Shown here: piece by piece, positions 8,622 through 17,463 of the stretch
How the letters are laid out: each line of letters begins with the position of its first letter
Position numbering within the stretch: the first letter of the stretch is position 1
NCBI GenBank assembly: GCA_030620515.1
Contig: JAUXEM010000001.1
Span: forward strand, 2,779-66,778
Reading direction: 5' to 3'
Length of the DNA stretch: 64,000 nucleotides
DNA from: Salinivirgaceae bacterium
GTDB taxonomy: Bacteria; Bacteroidota; Bacteroidia; Bacteroidales; SZUA-534
Translations under genes and position numbers: made by a program
Notes under the pieces: generated by a model
Databases searched by the model: none
Told to the model about the DNA's origin: nothing
The model's input: only the letters and a program-made list of their open reading frames with translations

Positions 8622-9860
8622 ATGCAAAACAAACAAGTACTATATATTTCCTACGATGGAATGACTGACAACCTGGGGCAGTCGCAAGTTATTCCCTACC
8701 TTAAAGGCTTAACTGAAAAAGGTTACCACTTCACCATCCTTAGCTTTGAGAAAGCAGAAAACTATAAAAAGAACAAACAAAACATTGCTAAAATTCTAGC
8801 TGATGCTAATATATATTGGCATCCTTTAAATTATACTTATACTCCACCTGTGGTATCAACTATAAAAGACATTCGAACTTTATTAAAAATAGCAGAAGTA
8901 TTGCATAAAGAAAGAACCTTTTCTATTGTACATTGCCGAAGCTATATTTCAGCTTTTGCAGGATTGGCACTTCAACGAAAATATGGAGTAAAGTTTATTT
9001 TTGATATGCGCGGCTTTTGGCCCGATGAACGTGTGGAGGGAAATATATGGAACAAAAATAATCTTGTTTTCAACTTAGTCTATAATTATTTTAAACGCCA
9101 AGAGAACAAATACTTTAACAACTCTGATTATACTATAAGTTTAACTGAAACAGGAAAAACGGAAATACAAAGCTGGTTGAATATAAAGAATAATCCAATT
9201 CCGATTGAAGTAATTCCTTGTTGTGCCGACTTTAATCATTTTAAAAGATCTGATACTCAATATTTTGAAACTGCTAATCTAAAAAAGAAGTTTAACCTTA
9301 ATACTGATGACTTTGTTCTTTCCTATTTAGGATCAGTCGGTACTTGGTACATGCTAGATGAAATGCTTGACTTTTTCAAAGTTTTGCTTGCTCGAAAACC
9401 AAATGCAAAGTTCTTGTTCATAACAGGAGAACCAGAATCCATTATTTTATCGGCTGCAGAGGAAAAGAATATTTCAGCTGAGCATTTTATTATTGAATCA
9501 TCACCAAGAGAATTAGTGCCTGTCTATATCGCTTTAAGTACAGTTTCTATATTTTTTATAAAACCAGTTTTTTCTAAAAAAGCCTCCTCACCTACTAAAA
9601 TGGCTGAAATTTTGGGAATGGGTATTCCTATTATCTGCAACGATAACGTTGGCGATGTTGGTCAAATTATTAATGAAACTGGGGTTGGGATAGCAATAAG
9701 TAATTTCAATAGTGAGTCCTATCTGAATGCTATAAATAAAATAGATTCACTATTAAAAATAGATCCTTCGCAAATTAGTCAATCAGCTATTTCGCGTTTT
9801 TCTTTAAATGGTGGTGTTGAAAAATACGATTCGGTTTATAAAAAAGTGTTGAATAGTTAA
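8622..9860 (+). CDS. Glycosyltransferase family 4 (group 1)
   Basis: 412 aa; N-terminus MQNKQVLYISYDGMTDNLGQSQVIPYLKGL and C-terminal PTKMAEILGMGIPIICND (EX7E-region-like) are typical of GT4 enzymes. Confidence 0.85.
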   Translation: MQNKQVLYISYDGMTDNLGQSQVIPYLKGLTEKGYHFTILSFEKAENYKKNKQNIAKILADANIYWHPLNYTYTPPVVSTIKDIRTLLKIAEVLHKERTFSIVHCRSYISAFAGLALQRKYGVKFIFDMRGFWPDERVEGNIWNKNNLVFNLVYNYFKRQENKYFNNSDYTISLTETGKTEIQSWLNIKNNPIPIEVIPCCADFNHFKRSDTQYFETANLKKKFNLNTDDFVLSYLGSVGTWYMLDEMLDFFKVLLARKPNAKFLFITGEPESIILSAAEEKNISAEHFIIESSPRELVPVYIALSTVSIFFIKPVFSKKASSPTKMAEILGMGIPIICNDNVGDVGQIINETGVGIAISNFNSESYLNAINKIDSLLKIDPSQISQSAISRFSLNGGVEKYDSVYKKVLNS

Positions 9861-9872
9861 AACTGTTGCGAG

Positions 9873-9901
9873 TTAAAAAGTTATGGTTAGCTTTTTTTTA
9901 A
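9873..9901 (+). terminator. Hairpin plus T-run immediately after the GT stop (copy of repeat module B)
   Basis: ttaaaaag-ttatggttag-cttttttttaa starts 13 nt after the TAA at 9858-9860 and is followed by aatatgttaaaatctgtgtat (degenerate aatctgtg module). Confidence 0.5.
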
Positions 9902-10095
9902 TATGTTAAAATCTGTGTATATATTAACAATAATTACTTTAAACGATACCGTAATTATTTACCGCAATTTAACTCATCGTATCATTATAATAATTTTACA
10001 AACAATGAGATACTACACAAGCTTCATTAAATAATAATTTAAACACAAATTACTAAAAAAACTAACTTATTTTTATTCTACTGTAAAATTGCAGC

Positions 10096-11220
10096 TTACA
10101 TTTTAAGCATTCGATTTAGCTTAATACACAAATCGAGGAAAACAACCTTAACATTGGCATTTCGTGAAATGTGCATGTAAGCACTATTTAATTCACTCGC
10201 TAATAGTGCTGAATTTTCTGGATGTATAAAACTTGAGAATTTTTGAGCAAATGCTTTCTCATGGTCCGAAAAGCGAGCCAATGAAAGTTGATCTTGATTC
10301 ATTATTAAATTCTCACGAATCATTTTAAGGCTATAGCTTAAAAATACTTTCTGCTTTTCGCGCCCTTCTTTCGAAAGACTATCAACCCATTTAATAATTT
10401 CCGGGAACTTACCCATGTAGCTTAATCGCATAAGTTGAGTAAAAAATTCAAAGTTCTGTTGAGCATCTACCGATGTTTCTATCATATTGCAAGCTGCATT
10501 ATAATCACCATCGCTCATTCTGCTTATTTCTCTTGCTTTTTTCTCGTCAATATTCTTTTGCTGCTGCAAACCAATGAATAACTCATCGTCGCTAATGCGA
10601 TTAATTTTCACTAGCTGTGTTCTGGAAAGAATAGTACTTATAATTAATTCACTGTTGAGCGATATAAGAAAGAACAATGTCTTTTCAGGTGGCTCCTCAA
10701 TTAACTTTAATAATTTGTTTGCCGATTCGGCATTCATTTTTTCGGGCAACCAAATAACCATTATCTTAAACTCGGCTTCAAACGATTTTAAGCTGAGTTT
10801 TCGAACAATACTTTCCGCCTCTTTTACCTTTATGCTTCCCTGCGAATTACCTGCATCCATTTTTTCTAGCCACTGTTCGTAAGTTCCGTAGCTGTTGTTT
10901 ATAACAAACTCACGCCATTGCGAAATATAATCGTCGCTAATAAGTGCTTGACTACTTTTTGCCCCTACTGTTGGAAAAGAAAAGTGTAAGTCGGGATGTT
11001 GCAGTTTGTTAATTTTACGGCAAGATGAACATTCATTACAAGCTTCATTATCCTTTTTATCTAAACACATAATATATTGTGCATAAGCAATAGCAAGTGC
11101 CAGTGAGCCATAGCCCTCTTTACCCAGAAAAAGCTGTGCATGACTTATTCTATTCTCTTTTACTGTATTTATTAAATGCGATTTAATCGCTTCTTGACCA
11201 ACAATATCTGTAAATAGCAT
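10096..11220 (-). CDS. holB: DNA polymerase III subunit delta'
   Basis: 374 aa; ISHAQLFLGKEGYGSLALAIAYAQYIMC and zinc-module CNECSSCRKINKLQHPDLHF, later ILSRTQ (sensor motif). Confidence 0.85.
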   Translation of the reverse strand: MLFTDIVGQEAIKSHLINTVKENRISHAQLFLGKEGYGSLALAIAYAQYIMCLDKKDNEACNECSSCRKINKLQHPDLHFSFPTVGAKSSQALISDDYISQWREFVINNSYGTYEQWLEKMDAGNSQGSIKVKEAESIVRKLSLKSFEAEFKIMVIWLPEKMNAESANKLLKLIEEPPEKTLFFLISLNSELIISTILSRTQLVKINRISDDELFIGLQQQKNIDEKKAREISRMSDGDYNAACNMIETSVDAQQNFEFFTQLMRLSYMGKFPEIIKWVDSLSKEGREKQKVFLSYSLKMIRENLIMNQDQLSLARFSDHEKAFAQKFSSFIHPENSALLASELNSAYMHISRNANVKVVFLDLCIKLNRMLKM

Positions 11221-11255
11221 AATTCTGTTTTTAATAAAATAGATCGTTAGTAATT

Positions 11256-11336
11256 AGACCTGCCTTGGCGGCAGACAGGTATGAGCTCGCCCTGTCTGCT
11301 GCCAAGCAGGCTGAACAATTCGGGTAGGTAGTGAGA
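11256..11336. repeat. Tandem pair of AGACCTGCC..CAGACAGG-family palindromes
   Basis: agacctgccttggcggcagacaggt, then gccctgtctgctgccaagcaggc, then ..ttcgggtaggtagtgagac. The prefix atagatcgttag..tagacctgcc is shared with 27107-27135, and the tail gtagtgagac with 6334-6343. Confidence 0.65.
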
Positions 11337-11560
11337 CTATAATTGAATATAGTAAGATATACTTAATTAAAGTATCTTTTCAACACAATTCACTACCTAA
11401 CACCAAAAATACATTAACGAACTCGTATGTTTACAAAGATAAATTAATATTTGTGACCTCTATTTTTCAAGCTAAAACAAATTCATTTTATATTTTTATA
11501 CTTTTCAAAACGAAGAAAAATTCTTCTAAATAAATATCCTATAAGTCTTAATAAAATACT

Positions 11561-11695
11561 CTTTCAAGTTAAATTCACTTTTAAAACGACGAAAAATCTA
11601 CGATGCGTTCGTATTTTTTCTAACCTGCATCAATTCGAAATCGTCCGCAGGACTTTTCAACATTGATATACGAGGATAACATTTAAATTGGATGG
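11561..11695 (+). repeat. RAYT-associated ~115-130 bp double-hairpin repeat, copy 1 (solo, upstream)
   Basis: ctttcaagttaaattcacttttaaaacgacgaaaaatctacgatgcgttcgt..caattcgaaatcgtccgcaggacttttcaacattgatatacgagg. High identity to copies at 11804 and 12735. Confidence 0.8.
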
Positions 11696-11803
11696 TTTTT
11701 TTCAACACCAAAAATAATAGTCCATTTAGTTGCGAATGCTACTTTCATATACAATAATTACCAAAATAACTGAAGCTTAATCATATATATTTACAACAAC
11801 CGT

Positions 11804-11935
11804 CTTTCAAGTTAAATTCACTTTTCAAACGACGAAAAATCTACGATGGTTTCGTGTTCTATCTAATCTGAATCAATTCGAAAACGTCCGCAGGACTTTT
11901 CAACATTGAGATACAAGGATAATATTTAAAATGAA
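11804..11935 (+). repeat. RAYT-associated double-hairpin repeat, copy 2 (91 bp upstream of transposase ATG)
   Basis: Same sequence family. Hairpin 1 is cgaaaa-atctacgatgg-tttcg; hairpin 2 is tcgaaaacgtcc-gcag-gacttttca. Confidence 0.8.
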
Positions 11936-12025
11936 ATACTAGTTTTCAACATTATAAAACTAATGAATTCAAATAATTATTTATAATCTGATGGTAATTT
12001 ATTACATTTAACTAAAAATAAACCC

Positions 12026-12724
12026 ATGTCAACCTACGAACCAATTCAACATCAGAAATATTACCATATTTATAATTGTGGTATAAATGGTTGTAATTTG
12101 TTTATTGGACCAAAAGATTACGATTATTTTTTGCATTTGTACAAGAGATATATTTCTACTATTGCGGAAACTTTTGCTTGGTGCTTAATGAAAAACCATT
12201 TTCACTTGCTAATACAAGTAAAAAGCAAACTTGAAATTGGAAATTACAAATACACAAAAGCATCTTATCAGAAAGCAATTGACGATGGTGACTTGAGTAA
12301 GCTGTTAACTTTTGATGAGGTTAAATGGTTATCCTCTACAGATGAAGAAACTAATACAAATAAAAAACCTAACCCCACCAATCATTTTGCTCATTTGTTT
12401 ATTTCCTATGCAAAATACTTTAATAAAAAATATAACCGCCATGGTTCGCTATTCGAAAAACCGTTTCACAGAAAACCAATAATCCACGAACGATATTTTA
12501 AAAACTTAGTTGTATATATTCATAACAACCCTATTAAACATGGGTTTGTAAAGCATCCTCTTGAATGGGGATGGAGCTCGTATTTAAGCTGCATTTCGAG
12601 TAACGAAAATATTGTAAGTAAGAATAAAACAATTAGTTGGTTTCAAAATTCAGAAAACTTTAAGCATGTTCACGAAAAAGAATTAGATGTTTTAGAAATA
12701 GAAAAAATGCTTGGGGTTATATAA
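12026..12724 (+). CDS. Y1 HUH transposase, REP-associated tyrosine transposase (RAYT)/IS200-like
   Basis: 232 aa; HUH motif in WCLMKNHFHLLIQV and catalytic-Tyr motif VVYIHNNPIKHGFV, ending WGWSSY. This is the Y1_Tnp architecture. Confidence 0.85.
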   Translation: MSTYEPIQHQKYYHIYNCGINGCNLFIGPKDYDYFLHLYKRYISTIAETFAWCLMKNHFHLLIQVKSKLEIGNYKYTKASYQKAIDDGDLSKLLTFDEVKWLSSTDEETNTNKKPNPTNHFAHLFISYAKYFNKKYNRHGSLFEKPFHRKPIIHERYFKNLVVYIHNNPIKHGFVKHPLEWGWSSYLSCISSNENIVSKNKTISWFQNSENFKHVHEKELDVLEIEKMLGVI

Positions 12725-12734
12725 TTTTGTTCAT

Positions 12735-12850
12735 TTACGCATTTTAAAACGACGAAAAATCTACGATGTTTTCGTGTTCTATTGGTCAACATCAATTCGA
12801 AAACGCCTGTAAGACTTTTCGACATTGAAATACGAATGTCATATTTTATA
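12735..12850 (+). repeat. RAYT-associated double-hairpin repeat, copy 3 (starts 11 bp after transposase stop)
   Basis: ttacgcattttaaaacgacgaaaaatctacgatgttttcgtgttct..caattcgaaaacgcctgtaagacttttcgacattgaaatacgaatg. Same strand orientation as copies 1 and 2. Confidence 0.8.
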
Positions 12851-13078
12851 AGTCGCAAAATATAAAAATTTTATACTCAAGTAAAAAGTAAGATTGAAAC
12901 TTCATAGTTATTTGCTATTAAATGAGTTATAGCATTTGCTAAACCTTACATTATTAGGAATGAAAATAAATAATGCTTAAAAGTACCAATCACCATTAAT
13001 AATACAGCATATTTTGTATTTTTGTTTTCACTATAAGAGTATTTTATTTATTAATCTATCAATTATAAATTGCGGACT

Positions 13079-13756
13079 ATGAGCAAATTAATTAGTTCTA
13101 GCATTGGGAAAAAGCTGTTTATGAGTGTTACAGGACTTTTCTTAATGATGTTTTTGATGGTTCACCTAACCATTAATTTATTATTAATTTTTGACGATAC
13201 TGGTGAATTATTTAATATTGGGGCAAATTTTATGGTAACAAACCCCATAATTAAAATTGTTGAACCATTACTTGCTGTTGGTTTTTTGTTGCATATGATT
13301 TATGCATCATTCCTAACCCTAACTAACATGAAAGCAAGACAAGTAAATTACAAGCGTTTCAACCAAACTAAATCAAGTAGTTGGGCATCGCGAAACATGT
13401 ATGTATTAGGAGCTCTAATTTTAACTTTCCTTGTGCTTCACATTATGAATTTTTACTGGAAAATTAAAGTAGATCATAGTGTTGCAATGGTGCATTACAA
13501 TGGTATTGAAATGCACGACACTTATTCATTAGTAGCTGGATTGTTTAAGTCATGCTTAATTTACAATCTGCTTTATATTGCCGGAGCTGTTTTCTTAGGA
13601 ATACACTTAACACACGGTTTCTGGTCAGCTTTCCAAACTATTGGTTGGAGTAGCGACATTTGGAGAAAACGTATTGAAGTGGTTGGTAAAATCTTTGCAT
13701 TCATTATTGCTGCAGGATTTTCTATTATCCCATTGTACTTCATCATTAAGTTTTAA
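13079..13756 (+). CDS. sdhC: Succinate dehydrogenase/fumarate reductase cytochrome b subunit (Bacteroidota type)
   Basis: The ORF track start at 13070 is TTG; the ATG at 13079 gives MSKLISSSIGKKLFMSVTGLFL. About 5 TM helices with conserved His residues. Precedes sdhA/sdhB. Confidence 0.85.
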   Translation: MSKLISSSIGKKLFMSVTGLFLMMFLMVHLTINLLLIFDDTGELFNIGANFMVTNPIIKIVEPLLAVGFLLHMIYASFLTLTNMKARQVNYKRFNQTKSSSWASRNMYVLGALILTFLVLHIMNFYWKIKVDHSVAMVHYNGIEMHDTYSLVAGLFKSCLIYNLLYIAGAVFLGIHLTHGFWSAFQTIGWSSDIWRKRIEVVGKIFAFIIAAGFSIIPLYFIIKF

Positions 13757-13873
13757 TTATAGACTATGAGTATTGAGTACAGAGAAATGAGTACTATAAT
13801 GGTTTTTTGTAAAAAAACTTATTCAATAGTATCATATCTCACAGTCTCATATCTCACTACTAAAATCTAAAAT

Positions 13874-15814
13874 ATGACAGTATTAAATTCAAAGATACCT
13901 AAAGGACCTTTGGCCGAAAAATGGTCGGAGCATAAAGCAAAAATTAATGTTGTAAGTCCGGCGAACAAACGCAAACTCGATGTTATTGTTGTTGGAACAG
14001 GATTAGCCGGAGCCTCGGCTGCTGCTAGTTTAGCTGAACTGGGATACAATGTAAAAGCATTCTGCTACCAAGATAGTCCACGTAGAGCTCACTCTATTGC
14101 AGCTCAGGGTGGTATAAATGCATCAAAAAATTACCAAAACGATAACGATAGTGTATATCGTCTTTTTTACGATACTATTAAAGGAGGAGACTACCGTGCA
14201 CGTGAAGGTAATGTTTACCGTTTAGCCGAAGTGTCGGGTAGTATTATAGACCAATGTGTAGCACAAGGCGTTCCCTTTGGACGTGAATACGGTGGCTTAC
14301 TTGCTAACCGCTCATTTGGTGGTGTATTGGTAAGTCGTACTTTTTATGCTCGCGGACAAACAGGTCAGCAGCTGTTAATAGGTGCATACGGCGCACTTAA
14401 TCGCCAAATTAGTACCGGAAAAGTAGAATTGTTTTCTCGCCACGAAATGCTCGATATTGTAAAAATTGATGGCAAAGCACGTGGTATTGTTGCTCGCGAC
14501 ATGGTAAGCGGCGAGGTTAAAAAATATGGTGCGCACGCTGTAGTAATTGCTACAGGTGGTTACGGAAACGTGTTTTTCTTGTCAACAAATGCAATGGGCT
14601 GTAATGGTGGGGCTGCATGGCAATCGTACAAACGTGGTGCTTACATGAGTAACCCTTGCTTTGTACAAATTCACCCAACATGTATTCCTGTTCATGGCGA
14701 CCAACAAAGTAAGCTAACGCTAATGTCGGAATCGTTACGTAACGACGGACGTATTTGGGTACCAAAGAAAAAAGAAGACGCAGAAAAACTACAAAAAGGT
14801 GAAATAGGACCAAACGATATAGCTGAAGAGGATAGAGATTTTTATTTGGAAAGAAGATATCCTAGCTACGGAAACCTTGTACCCCGCGATGTTGCTTCAC
14901 GCGCAGCAAAAGAGCGTTGCGATGCAGGTTTTGGGGTTAACAATACTGGCTTAGCTGTTTATTTAGATTTTAAATACAGCATTGAGCGTTTAGGTAAAGA
15001 TGTTATTGAAGCTCGTTACGGAAACCTTTTTCAGATGTACGAAAAAATTACTGATGTTAATCCATATGGAGAACCAATGCAGATTTATCCTGCTATTCAT
15101 TACACAATGGGTGGCACATGGGTAGATTATAATTTAATGACAACCATACCGGGTCTTTACTCAATTGGTGAGGCAAACTTTTCAGACCATGGTGGTAACC
15201 GCTTAGGTGCATCGGCGTTAATGCAAGGTTTAGCCGATGGTTATTTTGTATTGCCATACACTATAGGCGATTATCTTGCAAACGAAATTCAAACTCCTAA
15301 AATTGATACTAACGCTCCTGAATTTGAAGAGGTAGCGAAAGATGTTAAAAATCGTTTAGATACTTTAATGGCAATTAAAGGAACTAAGCCTGTTGACTAT
15401 TTCCATAAAAAGCTTGGTAAAGTTATGTGGGATTACGTTGGAATGAGCCGTAACGCCAAAGGTTTACAAAAAGCTATTGAGCTAATTGCCGAAATAAAAA
15501 CAGAATTCTGGGCTGATGTTCGCGTACCGGGTGAGCAAAACGAATTAAACCAAGAGCTTGAGAAAGCAGGTCGTGTTGCCGACTTTATTGATATGGCAGA
15601 CCTTATGGCTCGTGATGCTTTAGCCAGAAACGAATCGTGCGGCGGGCATTACCGTGAAGAATCGGTTACTGAAGAGGGTGAAGCTATGCGTAACGATGAA
15701 ATTGGTTGTTATGCATCGGCATGGGAATTTAAAGGCGAAAAAGAAGAGCCACACATGCATAAAGAAGAGCTGAAATTTGAGACAGTTGAATTAACACAGC
15801 GTAGTTATAAATAA
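13874..15814 (+). CDS. sdhA: Succinate dehydrogenase/fumarate reductase flavoprotein subunit
   Basis: 646 aa; FAD fold [22 protein letters not shown], covalent-FAD region [13 protein letters not shown], and active-site HYTMGG. Confidence 0.95.
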   Translation: MTVLNSKIPKGPLAEKWSEHKAKINVVSPANKRKLDVIVVGTGLAGASAAASLAELGYNVKAFCYQDSPRRAHSIAAQGGINASKNYQNDNDSVYRLFYDTIKGGDYRAREGNVYRLAEVSGSIIDQCVAQGVPFGREYGGLLANRSFGGVLVSRTFYARGQTGQQLLIGAYGALNRQISTGKVELFSRHEMLDIVKIDGKARGIVARDMVSGEVKKYGAHAVVIATGGYGNVFFLSTNAMGCNGGAAWQSYKRGAYMSNPCFVQIHPTCIPVHGDQQSKLTLMSESLRNDGRIWVPKKKEDAEKLQKGEIGPNDIAEEDRDFYLERRYPSYGNLVPRDVASRAAKERCDAGFGVNNTGLAVYLDFKYSIERLGKDVIEARYGNLFQMYEKITDVNPYGEPMQIYPAIHYTMGGTWVDYNLMTTIPGLYSIGEANFSDHGGNRLGASALMQGLADGYFVLPYTIGDYLANEIQTPKIDTNAPEFEEVAKDVKNRLDTLMAIKGTKPVDYFHKKLGKVMWDYVGMSRNAKGLQKAIELIAEIKTEFWADVRVPGEQNELNQELEKAGRVADFIDMADLMARDALARNESCGGHYREESVTEEGEAMRNDEIGCYASAWEFKGEKEEPHMHKEELKFETVELTQRSYK

Positions 15815-15851
15815 ACTCAGTATCAAGACTATTAGAATCAAGATTTGTAGT

Positions 15852-16202
15852 ATGCATAATTTTAGAGAACTCAAAGTTTGGCAAAAAGCAAGGTATCTGT
15901 ATAAAGATATTTATTTGCTAACTAAACGTTTTCCAAAGGAAGAACAATTTGGTGTTATTTCTCAGATGAGAAGAAGTACTCATTCAATAGCATCTAATAT
16001 ATCCGAAGGTTGTGGAAGAAATACAGATAAGGATTTATGTCGTTTTCTTGACATGGCTAATGGTAGCTCCTTTGAATTGGAGAATGATTTGATTCTTTGC
16101 AGTGATGTAGAGTTAATCACAAAAGAAGAACTAAAGATTTTTGAAGAAAAAGTTAAAGAAATTCAACGCATGATATTTAGCTTTAGAAAATCAAAAGAAT
16201 AA
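15852..16202 (+). CDS. Four-helix-bundle protein (23S rRNA-intervening-sequence protein family)
   Basis: 116 aa; N-terminus MHNFRELKVWQKARYLYKDIYLLTKRFPKEEQFGVISQMRRSTHSIASNISEG is diagnostic of this family. It sits between sdhA and sdhB. Confidence 0.85.
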   Translation: MHNFRELKVWQKARYLYKDIYLLTKRFPKEEQFGVISQMRRSTHSIASNISEGCGRNTDKDLCRFLDMANGSSFELENDLILCSDVELITKEELKIFEEKVKEIQRMIFSFRKSKE

Positions 16203-16207
16203 TTACT

Positions 16208-16235
16208 GAAAACCTGCCTTAGGCAGACAGGTTTT
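16208..16235 (+). terminator. Hairpin (AGACCTGCC-family palindrome) between the four-helix-bundle gene and sdhB
   Basis: aaaacctg-ccttaggcaga-caggtttt: 8-bp perfect stem followed by tttg. Position is intra-operonic. Confidence 0.4.
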
Positions 16236-16262
16236 GTACTTGATACTTAAAATCTTAATACT

Positions 16263-17024
16263 ATGATTGAAAAAATATTAAATGAAATAACACTAAAAGT
16301 TTGGCGTCAGAAAAATGCAACGGCAAAAGGTGCTTTTGAAACTTATACAGTTAAAAATATATCTACCGACACTTCTTTTATGGAGATGTTGGACATTTTA
16401 AACTATCAACTGGTTGAAGAGGGTAAAGACCCTATTGCATTTGACCACGATTGCCGCGAAGGTATTTGCGGAACTTGTAGCTTGTTTATTAATGGTCGTG
16501 CACATGGACCCGATAACGACATTACAACTTGTCAGCTACATATGCGTAAGTTTAAAGATGGTGAGACTATTACAATTGAACCTTGGCGCGGTACAGCTTT
16601 TCCGGTAACCAAAGATTTAATTGTTGACCGTAATGCTTTCGAGAAGATTCTTTATGCGGGTGGATTTGTATCGGTAAACACAGGCGGTGTTCCTGATGGT
16701 AATGCTATTCCTATTGGTTACGATGAATCAGAATCGGCAATGGATGCTGCGGCATGTATTGGCTGCGGAGCTTGCGTAGCAACATGTAAAAACTCATCGG
16801 CAATGCTATTCGTATCGGCAAAAGTATCGCACTTGGCTCGTTTACCTCAAGGTAAAGTGGAAGCTGTTAAGCGTGCAAAATCAATGGTAGCAAAAATGGA
16901 TGAGCTTGGTTTTGGTGGATGCTCAAACACCGGAGCATGCGAAATAGAGTGCCCAAAAGGTATTTCGATTGCAAGCATTGCAAAACTAAACCGCGAGTAC
17001 CTAACTGCTAAGTTTATGGAGTAA
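16263..17024 (+). CDS. sdhB: Succinate dehydrogenase/fumarate reductase iron-sulfur subunit
   Basis: 253 aa; 2Fe-2[11 protein letters not shown], 4Fe-4[12 protein letters not shown], 3Fe-4[13 protein letters not shown]. Confidence 0.95.
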   Translation: MIEKILNEITLKVWRQKNATAKGAFETYTVKNISTDTSFMEMLDILNYQLVEEGKDPIAFDHDCREGICGTCSLFINGRAHGPDNDITTCQLHMRKFKDGETITIEPWRGTAFPVTKDLIVDRNAFEKILYAGGFVSVNTGGVPDGNAIPIGYDESESAMDAAACIGCGACVATCKNSSAMLFVSAKVSHLARLPQGKVEAVKRAKSMVAKMDELGFGGCSNTGACEIECPKGISIASIAKLNREYLTAKFME

Positions 17025-17050
17025 GAAATATTCGTACTTAAAATATAGAG

Positions 17051-17081
17051 AACCTGCCTAATTTATTGGGCGGGTTTTTTT
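17051..17081 (+). terminator. Rho-independent terminator of sdhB
   Basis: aacctgcc-taatttatt-gggcgggtt followed by tttttta, 27 nt after the stop codon. Confidence 0.6.
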
Positions 17082-17149
17082 ATAGTAGTAAATTAAATGC
17101 TAATGACACAGGCTAATAAAACAACGAACACAGATGACGCGGATTAAAC

Positions 17150-17270
17150 ATCCTCGGGGCAAACCCACGAGGCATTAAAATTCAAAATGTCAAATTACAA
17201 AACTCAAAACAAAAAACGAGGCAAGCCTCGGGGAACCTGCTCGCCGTGAAACTTTGGCAGGCGGGTTAAA
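17150..17270 (+). repeat. Hairpin/A-rich spacer/hairpin dispersed element, copy 1
   Basis: cctcggggcaaacccacgagg..(A-rich ~50 nt)..cgaggcaagcctcgggg + cctgctcgccgtgaaactttggcaggcgg. Its reverse complement matches 43666-43745 and 35157-35322. Confidence 0.65.
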
Positions 17271-17463
17271 CCCAAATAGATTAAACAGATTTACAGGACT
17301 ATAAGAATAATTAAATAATTATCTGTGAAAATCTGTGCTATCTGTGGTGATTATTAAAAGCCACCAATTCACGAATAGTCATGTCGGTAAACGGTATCCT
17401 TTTAAAACTATATCCTGCTGCAATTAGAATAATAACTTTCCTTTTTTTATTGTATTCATATAA

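Larger units (their letters stand above)
11804..12850 (+). mobile_element. Putative IS200/IS605-like or RAYT unit (hairpin repeat - Y1 transposase - hairpin repeat)
   Basis: Same-strand subterminal hairpin repeats bracket a single Y1 transposase gene, as expected for single-strand HUH transposition. Exact ends are not determinable from one copy. Confidence 0.5.

Noticed and set aside
4435-8636. ORF-track entries 4435..4716 (+), 5454..5732 (+), 7939..8124 (-) and 8397..8636 (-)
   Set aside because: They are translated largely from the intergenic repeat modules or run antisense to real genes. Their composition is low-complexity and they have no recognisable motifs.
12670-12858. 62-aa minus-strand ORF across the transposase 3' end and repeat copy 3
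   Set aside because: It is antisense to the transposase and to the hairpin repeat, so it is most likely fortuitous.
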